Origin: Eledone cirrhosa
Taxonomy: Eukaryota
DNA: 64,000 bases
NCBI GenBank assembly: GCA_964016885.1
Contig: OZ024743.1
Coordinates: 115,878,001-115,942,000 of the forward strand
Direction of reading: 5' to 3'
The notes under the pieces were generated by a model that saw only the letters and a program-made list of their open reading frames with translations, made no database searches and was not told the origin of the DNA. Below, in pieces: positions 1-12,962 of this stretch (position 1 is the first letter of the stretch; each line of letters starts with the position of its first letter). Position numbers and translations under genes: made by a program.

Positions 1-339
1 TGTCTGGTCTGACAATCTAATACTGACCCCTCCCCCCCCCTCCCACCTAATTTCTGTATCTTGATCTTGAAATGTGTGTACCAGTGTTTTTATGTGAGTG
101 ACTTAATTTCTATTTGCTTATGATTTTATATCCACATATATAAATGTGAGTGGGGGAGTGTGTGTGTTTGTATGTTCGTGGTTATGTGTATATTTATGCA
201 TATACGCACATGTATGTGTGATTATACTGATATGTGTGAGTATGAAAAAAATATATTTATATGCTTGACTCCATAAGTATCTTTGCGTATCTTATCAGCG
301 CATTAAGCTTACAGAGATATTAACCTTGAAATTTTGTGT

Positions 340-849
340 TTACATCCATCTTTTTAGTATACACATACAAATTATACACACATTATTGTAAAATATGTGT
401 AAGGTTTTTGCATGTATATACACACACCAAACTGCTTTTTACCCTTTGTGTTTTCATTGGTCAATTTTGAACTGACATTTTGAATTGTTGTTATTATCAA
501 TAAATATACTTCATTATTTCTGAAGACGGCGTATATATGAGTTAGGTATGTATATTTAATCTTGATAATTTGTATAATTTTGTATAATTTTGTACATAGA
601 TCTGTTAAATATGCATACCAATTATAACACATATATGCCCTAGAAACGATCGTTAAATAGTGAACTTTTTTTGTTTAATATAAGGAATTGTTTGTTCATT
701 ATTTGTTTAATATTTTATCTTGACTCTGTATACCGTTTATCTTTCACCGAAAGTGGATTTTCATTACATCTCTTCTTTCCATGATATCCGGAATACATTG
801 AGTTCTTCATACGGATTGGACACTACCGTAAACTCTTGGTAGATTTATC

Positions 850-855
<6 letters not shown>
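340..855. repeat. Dispersed non-coding repeat ending in (TA)n; related copy with internal inversion at ~10620-11050
   Basis: ~680-855 recurs directly at ~10855-11050 (…tttcaccgaaagtg…cggattggacactaccgtaaactcttggtagatttatctaca). ~520-690 recurs inverted at ~10640-10860. Confidence 0.75.
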
Positions 856-884
<29 letters not shown>

Positions 885-1016
885 AATGTAATCTGAGTTT
901 TTCGAAAATTAATAATAACATTCGATTAGTTTGCAATTATGCAAACAAGACTCAATTTTATAGCCATGTCAGTAGAATGAACCCTTCATTCTTGCTCTTG
1001 TTTTGGCATGTGAACA

Positions 1017-1066
1017 GAACTGCAGACACTAATGTTTCTGAGTATCACCCTTCATCAGTACAGTTC
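1017..1066 (-). ncRNA. Type I hammerhead ribozyme motif (family A)
   Basis: Minus strand reads gaactgta-CTGATGA-agggtgatactca-GAAA-cattagtg-TC-tgcagttc. 8-bp stem I, canonical core, GUC cleavage triplet. Confidence 0.8.
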
Positions 1067-2050
1067 ACCGTTCACCTGCCAACTGTCAAAGCTAGTGAAA
1101 ATATATGCTATTTTCAAAAGTACGCAGTGACTGATCGGCCTGATTTGCATATTAGCAGACTGGCTGATCAGTCGGATCTGCATATTAGCAGACCCACTGA
1201 TCAGCCAGATATACATATCCGCAGACTGGCCAGTCAGTTTCCTGTATACGAGCTTTGCGAAATTCCAATAAAGAAGAAAATATTTGCTCTACATGGCTGA
1301 ATACAATAAATGTAATGTGAGTTTTTCTAATATTAATAACATTCGATTCGTTTGCAATTATGCAAACAAGCCTCAATTTTATAGCCATGTCAGTAGAATG
1401 GACCCTTCATTCTTGCTCTCTTGTGTAGGCATGTGAACAGAACTGCGGTCACTAATATTTTTGGCAAAGCCGGCTATTTATCGTTCGTATACAGGAAACT
1501 GACTGGGCAGTGTGCTGATATGCAAATCTGGATATCACTGGATCTGCTAATATGCAGATCTGACTGATCAGCCAATCTGCTAATATGCAAATCAGGCCGA
1601 TCAGTCACTGTATATTTTTGAAAATAACATATATTTTCACTAGCTCTGACAGTTGGTATGTGAACAGTGAGCTGTACTAATGGAGGGTGATACCCAGAAA
1701 CATTAGGGTTTGCAGTTCTGTTCGCATGCCAACACACGAACAAGAATGAGGGGTTGAGTCTACTGACATGGCTTTAAAAACGAGTCTTGTTTGCATAATT
1801 GCAAACGATTCGAATGTTATTATTAATATTCGGAAAACTCAGATCACTTAATTTTAACCATACCTTATACAGCAACTACACAGCCTTCTCTCTTCTTCAT
1901 ATACATATAAAATTTTCGCTCTACATGGCTGAATACAATAAATGTAATCTTTTTTCGAATATTAATAACATTCGATTCGTTTGCAATTATGCAAACAAAC
2001 CTCATTTTTAAAGCCATGTCAGTAGAATTGCAAACGAATCGAATGTTATT

Positions 2051-2162
2051 GTTCAAATCCCGCCGAGGTTAACTTTGCCTTTCATCCTTACGGGGTCGAT
2101 AAAATAAAGTACCAGTAATGTACTGGGTCATTTCTGGCCTTGTGTCAATAGTAGAAACAATT
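2051..2162 (+). mobile_element. tRNA-derived SINE, 5'-truncated
   Basis: Starts at the B box gttcaaatc; the body matches the full copy at 29622-29805. Confidence 0.8.
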
Positions 2163-2433
2163 ATTAATATTCGATTGCATTTATTGTATTCAGCCATGTA
2201 GAGCAAGAATTGTTTTTCTATTTTGAATGTGGCAAAGCCGGCGATTTATCGCTCTTATATAGGAAACTGACTGGCCAGTCTGCTGATATGCAAATCTCGC
2301 TGATCAGTGGACCTGCTAATATGCAGATCTGACTGATCAGCCAGTCTGCTAATATGCAAATCAGGCCGAATAGTCAAATGTTTGAAAATAGCATATATTT
2401 TCACTAACTCTGACAGTTTGGCAGGTGAAAAGT

Positions 2434-2483
2434 GAGCTGTACTGATGAAGGGTGATACCCAGAAACACTAGGGTCTGCAGTTC
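2434..2483 (+). ncRNA. Type I hammerhead motif (family A); a core-decayed copy lies at ~1668-1718
   Basis: gagctgta-CTGATGA-agggtgataccca-GAAA-cactaggg-TC-tgcagttc. Confidence 0.75.
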
Positions 2484-2485
2484 TG

Positions 2486-5100
2486 TTAACATGCCAACAG
2501 TTGTTTCAGTAACCAGTCGTAGTGATGTAGCAGCTGTGTTAGACAGATTCTTCCTGGGCGAAAGCCATGCTGCATGGTAGTCTTGTGGTCATTTTCCTGG
2601 AGGAAAGTGATCAGTTTCTTTCTGACGATTCGCTCCATGAACTTACTGATATGTGACGTCAGGGAGACTGGCCTATAATTTTTGGCCTCCGCTCTGCTAA
2701 CTTCTTTACGGATAGGGTATATTGTGCCATCTTTCAGCTCCCTGGGTAGTCTATCGCTAGCCAAGGAGCTTCTGAAGAGCGCTGTCAGCGGAATTGCTAA
2801 GGCCCGCTTAGATGTTTTTAAGAGGACTGCTGTGAATCTATCAGGTCCAGCAGCTGAGTCTGCGCTAATTTCATCTATGGCGTATACCACTTTCACCTCC
2901 GTTATGTCTATGTGGTTGATGGTCGCCATTTCTTCATGGCGTGTTGTGGCATCAAAGAAATCCTCTGGCTTTGTTATTTCCATGTGCCTCAGTGGACATG
3001 TGAACACACTTTTGTACTGTTCGTTCAATATTTCACTTATCTCTTGGTGATTCTCGGTTAATGAACCGTCTTTATGGAAGATTGGCCCAATCTTGCAGTG
3101 TACCGAGGCAGTCTCCAGTCTCTTTTGCAAATTTAAAGAAGGCCTTAGGGTTTGATTTAATAATTTCTATGGCGCTGATTTCTTTTTTTGGCCTCCGATG
3201 GGAAAGTTTGAGTGCAATCTCGATGTCAAGTAGAGCACGTTTCAAATAGAATTCCTTCTTGTTTTTGTTTTCTTGTGCATTCAACTGGTTTGAGAGCTTA
3301 GTTCTTTGTCTCATAAGGATTTTCCTATCTCTGGGAATACGATCTTTGTCTGTTGGCCTATTTCTCCGGGACAAATTTTTGGTATATAGTTTGTATCGTT
3401 GTCATAAAGTGTTGAAAATGTGTGTTGGTGTCTTGTGTGGCGCTGATGTGGCTCCATATTTGCTTCCGGATTTCTCCCTTGATCATTTTCCAGTTAGCCA
3501 TGTAGAATTTAAGGCTGGATAAGTTCCTGGTGCTTCTTGATGGTTGCGTCTCTGTTGATTCTCTCGGACTACATATCATTAGTTCTACTAAGTTATGATC
3601 CGAGATCATTTTTGGTGTCACCTTTACGTTGTGGATGAGCACTTCGTTGTTTGTAAAACAGAGATCTAGGACATTCACTCCTCTTGTTGGGAGGAGTACT
3701 GCTTGTTCCATGAACAGCCTGTGTATGAGGGCCAGCAGGGACTCCGTCTGTCTCTGTTCTGGTGATGTCATTCCAGGGAGGGGGTGGCCCTCAGGCCATT
3801 TGACTTTTGGTAGGTTGAAGTCTCCCAGGAGTAGAATGTTGAGACCCTGGTGCAGTTTGTCAAGGACCGCTTCTATTCTACTGAGGCTATCCTCAAATTT
3901 ACCCCAATGACTGGGGGCATCGGGTGACCGATATGTGACACATATTACTTCTTTAGTTGCTTCATATGTACAATCAGTGTGTCACAGACTGAGTTTGAAT
4001 GTGTCAACAGTACAATTGGTGTGACATCTTCACGGATATACCGAACAACCCAACTATGAGTTCTCTCCTTCCTGTCCGAACGAAATAGAGTATATTTTGT
4101 TATATGCATTTCCGCATCTGCTATACTGCTTGTCAGGTGCTTTTCGGTTAGTGCCATGAATAAGGCTTGGTTGCTTATGGCTAAGTCTCCCAGGTAGTAA
4201 ATTTCATGTTAGCGAGTTTCACCAGGGCTCTGACATTCAGCAGCAGTATTGGTGTGACAGTTGGGGTGTGAGCAATGGCTGTCGATGTGACACGATGGGT
4301 CCCCTAATTGTGGTTGTCTCGAGTGCTGGTGTGAGTGACCCTGGCTCTGAAAACGATGCAGCCAGGTCAGCTGTCCCACATCACTAAATATTTTTTTGCT
4401 CTGCTGCCGCCATCAGTATCTCGTCGGCCCATGCGCTCCTTCTCCTTGTTGGAGCGGCACGCGCAACATCAGCATACTTCTGGGGCAGCATGCATCGGTT
4501 CTAGTTTTGGCTGGGGCATGTTGTGTGAGTAGGTTGCGCCTTGGGTAAACGAATCTACAGCCTGTCCCTGTTTCTCCATGCCAGCAGGTCCCGTTCCCGA
4601 AGAACTTGCACGTTACCTGGGTTTTCTTGCTCCCAGTGTCTCGGCGGCTTCTGTTTTTCCTTTGGCCACTTGTCTACTGGTCCCTCTCAGCTTGGTTTTC
4701 CTTCGGAAGGTTATTTCGCTTCTCACTTTTACCGTTTGCCCGTTGGTTGCCCGGCCTGCCTTCAAATGACTGTGGCGGCGGGTATCTCATTTTCTTTCAG
4801 GTCCGTGCTTGTGCTTTCTTTCTTTCTTTTTCTTTCTCCCCGTTTTTCTCTTCCTCGAGGACATAGTTTAGCATGACCATGTGTGGTTCTATGAGGACAT
4901 AGGCCCTCTCAATTTCTCCTATTTTTCTGTCTATCTGCGCCAGAGTCATCAGAAAGCCATGGTTCTTCAGAGTCTCCGCAATATTTTTGCTTGGTGGTGA
5001 CCCATCAGCCAGGTTCCACCCCTCGATCAAAACCTTTAGTTCCGTCTATGACCAGTTTCGCTGGCTTTTAATTTCATTTCTTCCCTGCATGCAGCCCATT
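2486..5100 (-). mobile_element. Decayed CR1-group LINE: ORF1 remnant, APE endonuclease and N-terminal RT, cut off within the RT
   Basis: ORF pieces include ALTEKHL/LFRSDRKER, PTRGVNVLDLCFTN, SDHNL (APE) and KSNPKAFFKF, AAGPD, NYRPVSLTSHISKFMERIV, QHGFRPGRICLTQLL (RT). Multiple frameshifts. Confidence 0.85.
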
Positions 5101-5106
5101 TCGCTA

Positions 5107-5167
5107 TAGAGAGGAGAGAGAGAGAGATAGCGGGAATGGTAGGGAAAAGGTTAGAGAGGGAAAGGGA

Positions 5168-5234
<67 letters not shown>

Positions 5235-5581
5235 AGTGAGAAATTTAAGGAGCGATTTAGAGGGAAAGAGAGAAAGAGAGAGAGAGAGCTTGTGAGATCT
5301 AGAGAAAGAGAAAAAGAAAGAGAACGGAGAGAGATAGGAGAGACAGAAGAGAGGAGGGAGAAAGAGATATAGCGGGAAAGGTGGGGAAAAGGTTAGAGAG
5401 AGAGAGAGATAAGTCAAATGAGAAATTCAAGGTGCGATTTAGAGGGGAAGATAGAGAGAGACAGAGAGAGAGCTTGTGTGATCTAGAGAGAGAGAGATAT
5501 AGAGAGATAGAAAGAAAGAAGGAGAGAGATAGGAGAGAGACAGAAGAGTGATGGACAGAGACAGCGTGACAAATAGCAATC

Positions 5582-5650
<69 letters not shown>
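5107..5650. repeat. (GA)n microsatellite region with a degenerate internal duplication
   Basis: Direct reading; 'gagaaatt.aagg.gcgatttagaggg…gagcttgtg.gatctagaga' occurs twice. Confidence 0.9.
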
Positions 5651-6855
5651 CAGCGTGAAAATAGCAACGGAGATGTGAACAGATCAAGGATAATTATAAA
5701 TATTAATATCGTTCGAAACCAATATTTCGCGATTAAAACACAAAAATACAGTGTAAACACATGATAACTAAATGAAATATAAAAGGAGACAAAATAGATT
5801 AAAATTAATGAAATCCAAATAAGATATAGAATCGCGAAAGATTTATATAACATATGATGATTTCATGATTTTAATCTGTAAGTATTGGTTTGTTTACAAA
5901 TATACTTTCAAATTAAAATAACGGTTAACGTATGTGTATATATATATAGTGAATCTTAGTTATTATAATAACAATATATCAAAAACAATAACAAATATAT
6001 ATGCTCACTAAGTTAAAATTAAAATAAATTCAATTAAATTGCGTTACTTAAAATAAAATAAAAATTAGATTACGTTACTTAACTAGCTTTCTATATTCTG
6101 TATGACAAAAAAAAATATATATATATATATATATTTATATTCCTGCCAGCGACATATAAAACATATCGGATTTTCATCTAAGGATACTGTTCTCATAATC
6201 AACAGCAAATGCATGGAGAACTGTGGAAATAATTATAATGATTAAACGATATATGTAACCTCAGCATCTCATTTTATTCTTTAATTATCTTATTCTTTTT
6301 ATTATTTTATTATTTTTATTATTTATGTTTTTATTATTTTTTTTTATATTTTTATTTTTTATTTTATTTATTTTATTTATTTTATTGCCTTATATTCTTT
6401 TATTTCTCCATTTTACTTTATCTTATTTCTTCATCTGCTTGCCCCCCTCCCCACCACCACCACCACGAGATATGGTGGCAGGATAGATGCCAACACACAC
6501 ACACAAATTCTTCTAAACATAACAGCAGCCGATTAAAGCTGACCTGACTAATGATCCCCTAACACCAACACCACTACCAACACTAGGGAGGAGGTCAGCT
6601 GTACTTAAAAAATACAACCATGACAGATTGCCGTGTCTCAGAAAAATGTCTATAGACTTTTGACTGAGGAATGTTCACACAACTGACCAATGGGAGGAGA
6701 GAGTGTCCTTTGACGCCGAAATTCGTTTGTTCGAATTCATATGATTCCAGTTCCTCAGAGAAATAACAACCCAACCAGGAACTGGGCATATCGGAGCATT
6801 GACGGAGTCAAACACTTCAGCAACATGTGTACCCGTCTCTACCACACCAATTCGG

Positions 6856-6910
6856 ACTGCCTGAAGAGGAGAGAGCAAAGGATGGCTGTCACCGAAATAT
6901 ATATAGCAGT
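6856..6910 (+). ncRNA. Type I hammerhead motif (family B), stem II partly decayed
   Basis: actgc-CTGAAGA-gg…cacc-GAAA-tatata-TA-gcagt. Paralogs at 55106-55160(-), 61932-61984(-), 62118-62170(+). Confidence 0.7.
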
Positions 6911-6959
6911 ACACCATTAATGAACGAAGCCAAATTTTAAATATTTGAATTAATTATTT

Positions 6960-7025
<66 letters not shown>

Positions 7026-7357
7026 GGTTGCAGCTTTTTTTGAAATATTTATTTCTGCGTTCATAGCTCGATTTTTTAGTTTCAGAAGATCGCGTTATGG
7101 TCAAAGCAGCGATTCTTAGCTTAAACTTTAATCTGATATTGCAATACACACACGCCCCCCCCCCCCCTCCCCACACACACACATATATATATATACATAT
7201 AAAAATAACAAAATAAGATGCTGAGGTTACATATATCGTTTAATCATTATAATTATTTCCACAGTTCTCCATGCATTTGCTGTTGATTATGAGAACAGTA
7301 TCCTTAGATGAAAATCAGATATGTTTTATATGTCGTTGGCAGGAATATAAATATATA

Positions 7358-7430
<73 letters not shown>

Positions 7431-7643
7431 ATATTTGGGGAGGGTCATATTTGCGTAATATTGCCAGAATTAATAACAGAACACACTCACTGTTTGGTTG
7501 GTTTTCGCTTCTCGCTGTCTTTTATATATATATATCTGCGATCTAACTTACTCGGTCCTCAATGTTGCCATTGACTGACCGGCGGTCAAAAATAATACAG
7601 ATACAATATAGACACAAACACATATATATAGTTTACATAATTT

Positions 7644-7684
7644 ACATAAATCTTTCGTTGCACATCTGCAACATCGTCAGTGGT
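7644..7684 (-). ncRNA. Minimal hammerhead motif in the PLE 3' UTR (family D); copy at ~18299-18340
   Basis: Minus strand reads ca-CTGACGA-t-gttgca-gatg-tgcaac-GAAA-gatt-TA-tg. 6-bp stem II, weak stem I, sense to the GIY-YIG ORF. Confidence 0.6.
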
Positions 7685-7950
7685 GTTATATTCATTGTTC
7701 CTCCTGTTGTGTTGTATGTCTACGCCATTTTTTTTTTGTTCAGTCTGTCTATATATTTATTTATTTATTTGCTTGTTTGTTTATCTTATTTTATTTTGTC
7801 TTCTTTGCGCATGCGTTTGCGTGTGTGTATAGTGTTATGTGTGATGTGTGACTAGTGTGTATAGTGTTGTGTCTGCTGGGTGACTAGTGTGTGTTTATGT
7901 GCTTGTGTATGTATTTATTTATCTTATTTTATTTAATTTTATTTACTTAT

Positions 7951-8862
7951 TTATACTTCTCTTAGGTCAGTGTTGTTTGTTTGGGTGTTGTTGTTGTTCC
8001 ACTCATTCTTTCTGTTTAGCTTTGGTCTTCTAATTTCTATTTCACTGGCCTCTCTGATTTGCATATCTGCTGGGTCATTCCTATGTTTAGATATTATTCT
8101 AATTTCTAGGTTGTCTATGTTACCGTCATGTTGTTGTCTAGCATGTTCGTATAGTACTGACCCGTTTTTTCGTCCTTTTAGTTCCCCCCAGTGTTGGTCT
8201 ATCCTTTCACCTATGCTACGAGCTGTCTCACCTATGTATGTTGTTGTCATGTTTCTGCAAGTACCCTCTGTACATCTTATGCTATAGACTACGTTTCTAG
8301 TTTTACAGTTTATCCGGGGGTTCACCTTACAAATGATACATTTCCTATTGGTACAGTGGGTTTTCTTAAAAGGGTAGGTTTTGCTGATCAGGGATTTTAT
8401 GGTGGTTCCTGGCTTTTCTACCACCTTTATTTTTAAGTGGGTCTTTCTCAGGGCCTTTCTACACTGGTTAGCTAATTTCCCTCCAGGGGTGGCGTCCACA
8501 AACATGACACTCTGATATCTCTGGTTGTCGTACCATGATGTGGCCTTCCCTATCTTATGTCTAGCCCTATCTAAGCTATTCCATGATTTGCTCCTGTATA
8601 GTGGGCAAATTCCTTTCATGTCCAGTTCTATGAGGGTCTTATACTTTTCCATGGCTCCTTCGTATACTCTGACTCTGTCTCTTTGGTTGTAGCCAGAGAA
8701 CTGCATGCGGTTGATGAAGTGTTGGATGTGTCCTTCCATTTCTGTTGGGTCGCACATGCTGGACACATTCTTCATCACTCGTACCAAATCTGCGATCAGA
8801 ATATTAAACTTAGCACTACTGGACATTGCTGAGTTTTTGAGTATCAGGTATTTGGAGGCCAT
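7951..8862 (-). CDS. PLE polyprotein C-terminus (RT thumb, Cys-rich linker, GIY-YIG endonuclease); the frame extends upstream to ~9000
   Basis: CTNRKCIIC…CKTRNVVYSIRC…YIGETARSIGERIDQH…EH…REASEI…LNRKNEW; upstream in frame LPVLDTELW…HYAKPMAS. Confidence 0.85.
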   Translation of the reverse strand: MASKYLILKNSAMSSSAKFNILIADLVRVMKNVSSMCDPTEMEGHIQHFINRMQFSGYNQRDRVRVYEGAMEKYKTLIELDMKGICPLYRSKSWNSLDRARHKIGKATSWYDNQRYQSVMFVDATPGGKLANQCRKALRKTHLKIKVVEKPGTTIKSLISKTYPFKKTHCTNRKCIICKVNPRINCKTRNVVYSIRCTEGTCRNMTTTYIGETARSIGERIDQHWGELKGRKNGSVLYEHARQQHDGNIDNLEIRIISKHRNDPADMQIREASEIEIRRPKLNRKNEWNNNNTQTNNTDLREV

Positions 8863-9113
8863 GGGTTTAGCATAGTGTGAGTGGAGAATTTGGGCTCTCT
8901 CGTCTATAGTGTTAATCCAGAGTTCTGTGTCTAATACAGGTAGTCTATTGTTAGGGGGTTTGGAAGGGAAGTCTATAGTTACAGTTATACTCTGGTGTAT
9001 GGAAACAGTGAGTGTGTTCTGTTATTAATTCTGGCAATATTACGCAAATATGACCCTCCCTATATATAACAATATCTGTTTCGACACACGATTTCATATA
9101 AAAAACCTCGCAA

Positions 9114-9141
<28 letters not shown>

Positions 9142-9147
<6 letters not shown>

Positions 9148-10348
9148 ATGGAGCTGCGGCGTTGCAAATGGGATACATATGAAAAAGTGAGTCCTGCATC
9201 AGTGACCCTCCAACCGTCCCAGGCATTTCATCGCTTTAAGGGCCATATACCTCAGGTTGGTGCGAACAACGGCTAAAAAAAGTCGTTGGGACACGTAAAT
9301 AAAGAGAACGTTAGGGTGAACAAACAAAATGGTTTAGGCAACAGAAAGTGAGAAGAAAGAGACAAGTCCCAGATTTCTATGAATATAAACTCGATAAAAT
9401 CGTGAACGAGAGAATAAAGACCATCAAACCTGGTTGAAATGTGAGCGAGGAAGGAATTTCGCACAGGTCTAACGGGGGGGAAGAAGAAGGGGTCTGGTCT
9501 GCGAATTCGGTAAACATAAGTTCTGTGAAGACGCAGACGAGAGAGAGAGAGAAAAAAAATTCATACCGGCTTGGCCAAGAGTGCGCGAGAAAAGAAATCG
9601 GACAGGTCAAGCGGGAAGAAAGAGGAGAGGAGGAGAGGCAGTGACAGGGTATGAGTGAGTGAAAGTTGAGGAAGAGGCTAACAGAGAGAGAGAGACTGCT
9701 AGAAAGGGTAAAGATACAAAGAACGAAAACAGACGGGTGGCAGCAGAGGAAAAAATAGTGTAAATATGATAATAATGGAGCTGCGGCGTTGCAAATGGGA
9801 TACATATGAAAAAGTGAGTCCTTCACCAGTGACCCTCCAACCGTCCCAGGCATTTCATCGCTTTAAGGGCCATATACCTCAGGTTGGTGCGAACAACGGC
9901 TAAAAAAAGTCGTTGGGACACGTAAATAAAGAGAACGTTAGGGTGAACAAACAAAATGGTTTAGGCAACAGAAAGTGAGAAGAAAGAGACAAGTCCCAGA
10001 TTTCTATGAATATAAACTCGATAAAACCGTGAACTAGAGAATAAAGACCATCAAACCTGGTTGAAATGTGAGCGAGGAAGGAATTTCGCACAGGTCTAAC
10101 GGGGGGGGGGGGAAGAAAGGGTCTGGTCTGCGAATTCGGTAAACATAAGTTCTGTGAAGACGCAGACGAGAGAGAGAAAAAAAAAAAAAAATTGCCTAAA
10201 CCATTTTGTTTGTTCACCCTAACGTTCTCTTTATTTACGTGTCCCGACGACTTTTTTTAGCCGTTGTTCACACCAACCTGAGGTATATGGCCCTTAAAGC
10301 GATGAAATGCCTGGGACGGTTGGAGGGTCACTGATGAAGGACTCACTT

Positions 10349-10355
<7 letters not shown>
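9142..10355. repeat. 627-bp partial tandem duplication followed by an inverted segment, bounded by (TA)n
   Basis: 'ataataatggagctgcggcg' at 9142 and 9769; ~10192-10355 is the reverse complement of ~9805-9970. Confidence 0.85.
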
Positions 10356-10398
<43 letters not shown>

Positions 10399-10611
10399 AT
10401 TATGCTTTGCTAAACAAATTCAGAAACGAAATATATATATATATATATTAGAAAATAGAATAGCTTTCGCGTATCTTTGACTGAAGACATTTTTTAGCCT
10501 GATAATGGGGTTTAGAACCCTCAGATAAAAATGGAAAAAGATGAGTATTGACGTACATAGGAGTCGAACTCACATCTTTGGTTATCCAGACCACTGTGCT
10601 ACCATTACACA

Positions 10612-10653
<42 letters not shown>

Positions 10654-11708
10654 TAAAAAAATAATGAATAAAACAATGAAACAGTTCCTTATATTAAACA
10701 AAAAAAGTTCATTATTTAACGATCGTTTCAAGGATATATATGTGTTAGAATTGGTATGCATATTCAACAGATCTATGTACAAAATTATACAAAATTATAC
10801 AAATTATCAAATATAATATACATACCAACACATACATATGCCGTCTTCAGAAATAATATAAGGAACTGTTTCATTGTTTTATTCATTATTTTTTTAACAT
10901 TTTATCTTGACTCTGTATTCCGTTTATCTTTCACCGAAAGTGATTTTTGAATGCATCTCTTCTTTCCATGATATCCGGATTATATTGAGTTCTTCATACG
11001 GATTGGACACTACCGTAAACTCTTGGTAGATTTATCTACATATATATATATAAACATATATTCACATATACATATATATATATTTATATGTATGTGCGTG
11101 TGTGTACGTGTGTGCTTTTGTTTTCTTGTTGTGTACGTGCTTGTATTTGCATACCCATGAGGAGTGGGTTCGCGTATGTTTGTGTATGTACGTATATGCA
11201 TGTGTGTATGTATATATTTAATTTCAATTACCTCTGAATTTTATTTATTTTATTCTTAACTCTGAAGCCGAGAATCATTCAGTTTCCCATTTAGAATTTT
11301 AGTCTACGACTTCAGTTATACAATTTACGTGGTTTTGTCTTTGCTTGGAATTGTCCTCTACGCTCCACATATGACGTATTATCTTCGTTTTTTCCGTTCA
11401 TTGCCAGAGAACGTCTCCATGAACCACCTAATAGAATATTAGTCTACGAGTTCATTTATACCATGAACGTGGTTTTGTCTTCGTGTATAATTGTTTTCAC
11501 TGCTCTAAATAATGACGTATTATCTTCATGTTTTTCTGTTCTTTGCCAGGGAACGTTTCCACGAACCAAAGTATCGTCTTCCTGTCTTCCTTCGGTTGCA
11601 ACGTTTTTTGAAATATTTACTTCTGCGTTCACAGATTGACTCTTTTAGTTTCAGAAGATCCCGTTAAGGGTGTAAGCAGCGATTCTTTGCTTAAACTTTT
11701 ATATGTGA

Positions 11709-11800
<92 letters not shown>

Positions 11801-11837
11801 CATAAATATACACATACATATATATACACACACATAT

Positions 11838-11902
<65 letters not shown>

Positions 11903-11938
11903 AAAGGAATTATAGATACAATATACCTTTTTTACTAG

Positions 11939-12026
11939 TCTCGACTGTACAGTTTCGCTGGTCACTATGCAAAAATGTTATATAGATATGTAACATTGTT
12001 GTGAGGTAAGCCAGCTTATCAAGAGA
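11939..12026 (-). ncRNA. Type I hammerhead motif with U3-A8 core (family E)
   Basis: Minus strand reads tctc-TTGATAA-gctgg…ccagc-GAAA-ctgtacag-TC-gaga. Palindromic stem III, GUC triplet. Confidence 0.75.
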
Positions 12027-12535
12027 GCACCTCAGGGAAGAGCCCTAACTACATACGTCCGTAGCATGCGAGAAAATCTCAGAAAGACCGAGGGGGACTC
12101 TATAACGTGATACACCGATCAAGAAAGATTATTAATCCCTTGTAGCAGTGAAACTATCTCAGAAGGCGGAGGTAGATATTGATATGATACATAGGCTACA
12201 GAGGGGTTGTAAGGTTGACTGGAAGTGTATATAGTGTTTGCTTGAAAACAGTCACTATACTTCCGTGGTTACTCTATCGTGAGGGAGTTAGAGACAATAA
12301 TGAGAGGTATACAAACATGTGTATACATACATATACATGTATATATAAACATATATTCTTCACAAGTAAGGTCGACAACATACAATCTCACATACTTGTG
12401 AAGAATATATGTTTATATATACATGTATATGTATGTATACACATATATTTGTATACCTCTCATTATTGTCTCTAACCTTCTGAGATTTTCTCGCATGCTA
12501 CGGACGTATGTAGTTAGGACTCTTCCCTGAGGTGC

Positions 12536-12626
12536 TCTCTTGATAAGCTGGCTTACCTCACAACAATGTTACATATCTATGATATTACATTTTTGCATAG
12601 TGACCAGCGAAACTGTACAGTCGGGA
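12536..12626 (+). ncRNA. Type I hammerhead motif (family E), inverted partner of 11939-12026
   Basis: tctc-TTGATAA-gctgg…ccagc-GAAA-ctgtacag-TC-ggga. Confidence 0.75.
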
Positions 12627-12887
12627 CTACAGAAAAAATAGGTATATTGTATCTATTATTCCTTTTTATAATATTTTACATAACTCTGATATTGAGTCAA
12701 TTTAATTATTTCGATTATCCTGTCTCTCATAATCATAGAGTAACACTGGTTAAGGTCGACAACATACAATCTCACATACTTGTGAAGAATATATGTTTAG
12801 ATATACATGTATATGTATGTATACACATCTATTTTTATACCTCTCATTATTATATATATATATATATATAAATTATTTATTAAAATA

Positions 12888-12962
12888 ACAGATTAGAGTA
12901 TAAGCAAAGAATCGCTGCTTTCACCCATAACGGGATCTTCTGAAACTAACAAAGTCAATCTG
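12888..12962 (-). ncRNA. Hammerhead-like motif with CAGAAGA core (family C)
   Basis: agttt-CAGAAGA-tcccgttatgggt-GAAA-gca…tgc-TT-atact. Other copies at 7078-7127(+), 11647-11697(+), ~17876-17946(-), 22456-22531(-), 22757-22832(+). Confidence 0.55.

Larger units (their letters stand above)
880..2485. mobile_element. Cluster of direct and inverted copies of a ~400-bp HHR-bearing non-autonomous repeat (family A)
   Basis: The blocks 'ttgcaattatgcaaacaa…agccatgtcagtagaat' and 'ctgctaatatgcagatctgactgatcagcc' recur at ~880-1465 in one orientation and at ~1462-1845 and ~2175-2485 in the other. Confidence 0.8.
7427..9118 (-). mobile_element. 5'-truncated Penelope-like element with an inverted copy of its 3' terminus, flanked by (TA)n
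   Basis: Carries the GIY-YIG ORF 7951-8862. ~7427-7495 is the reverse complement of ~9003-9073. A second copy of the 3' part is at ~18045-18880. Confidence 0.85.
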
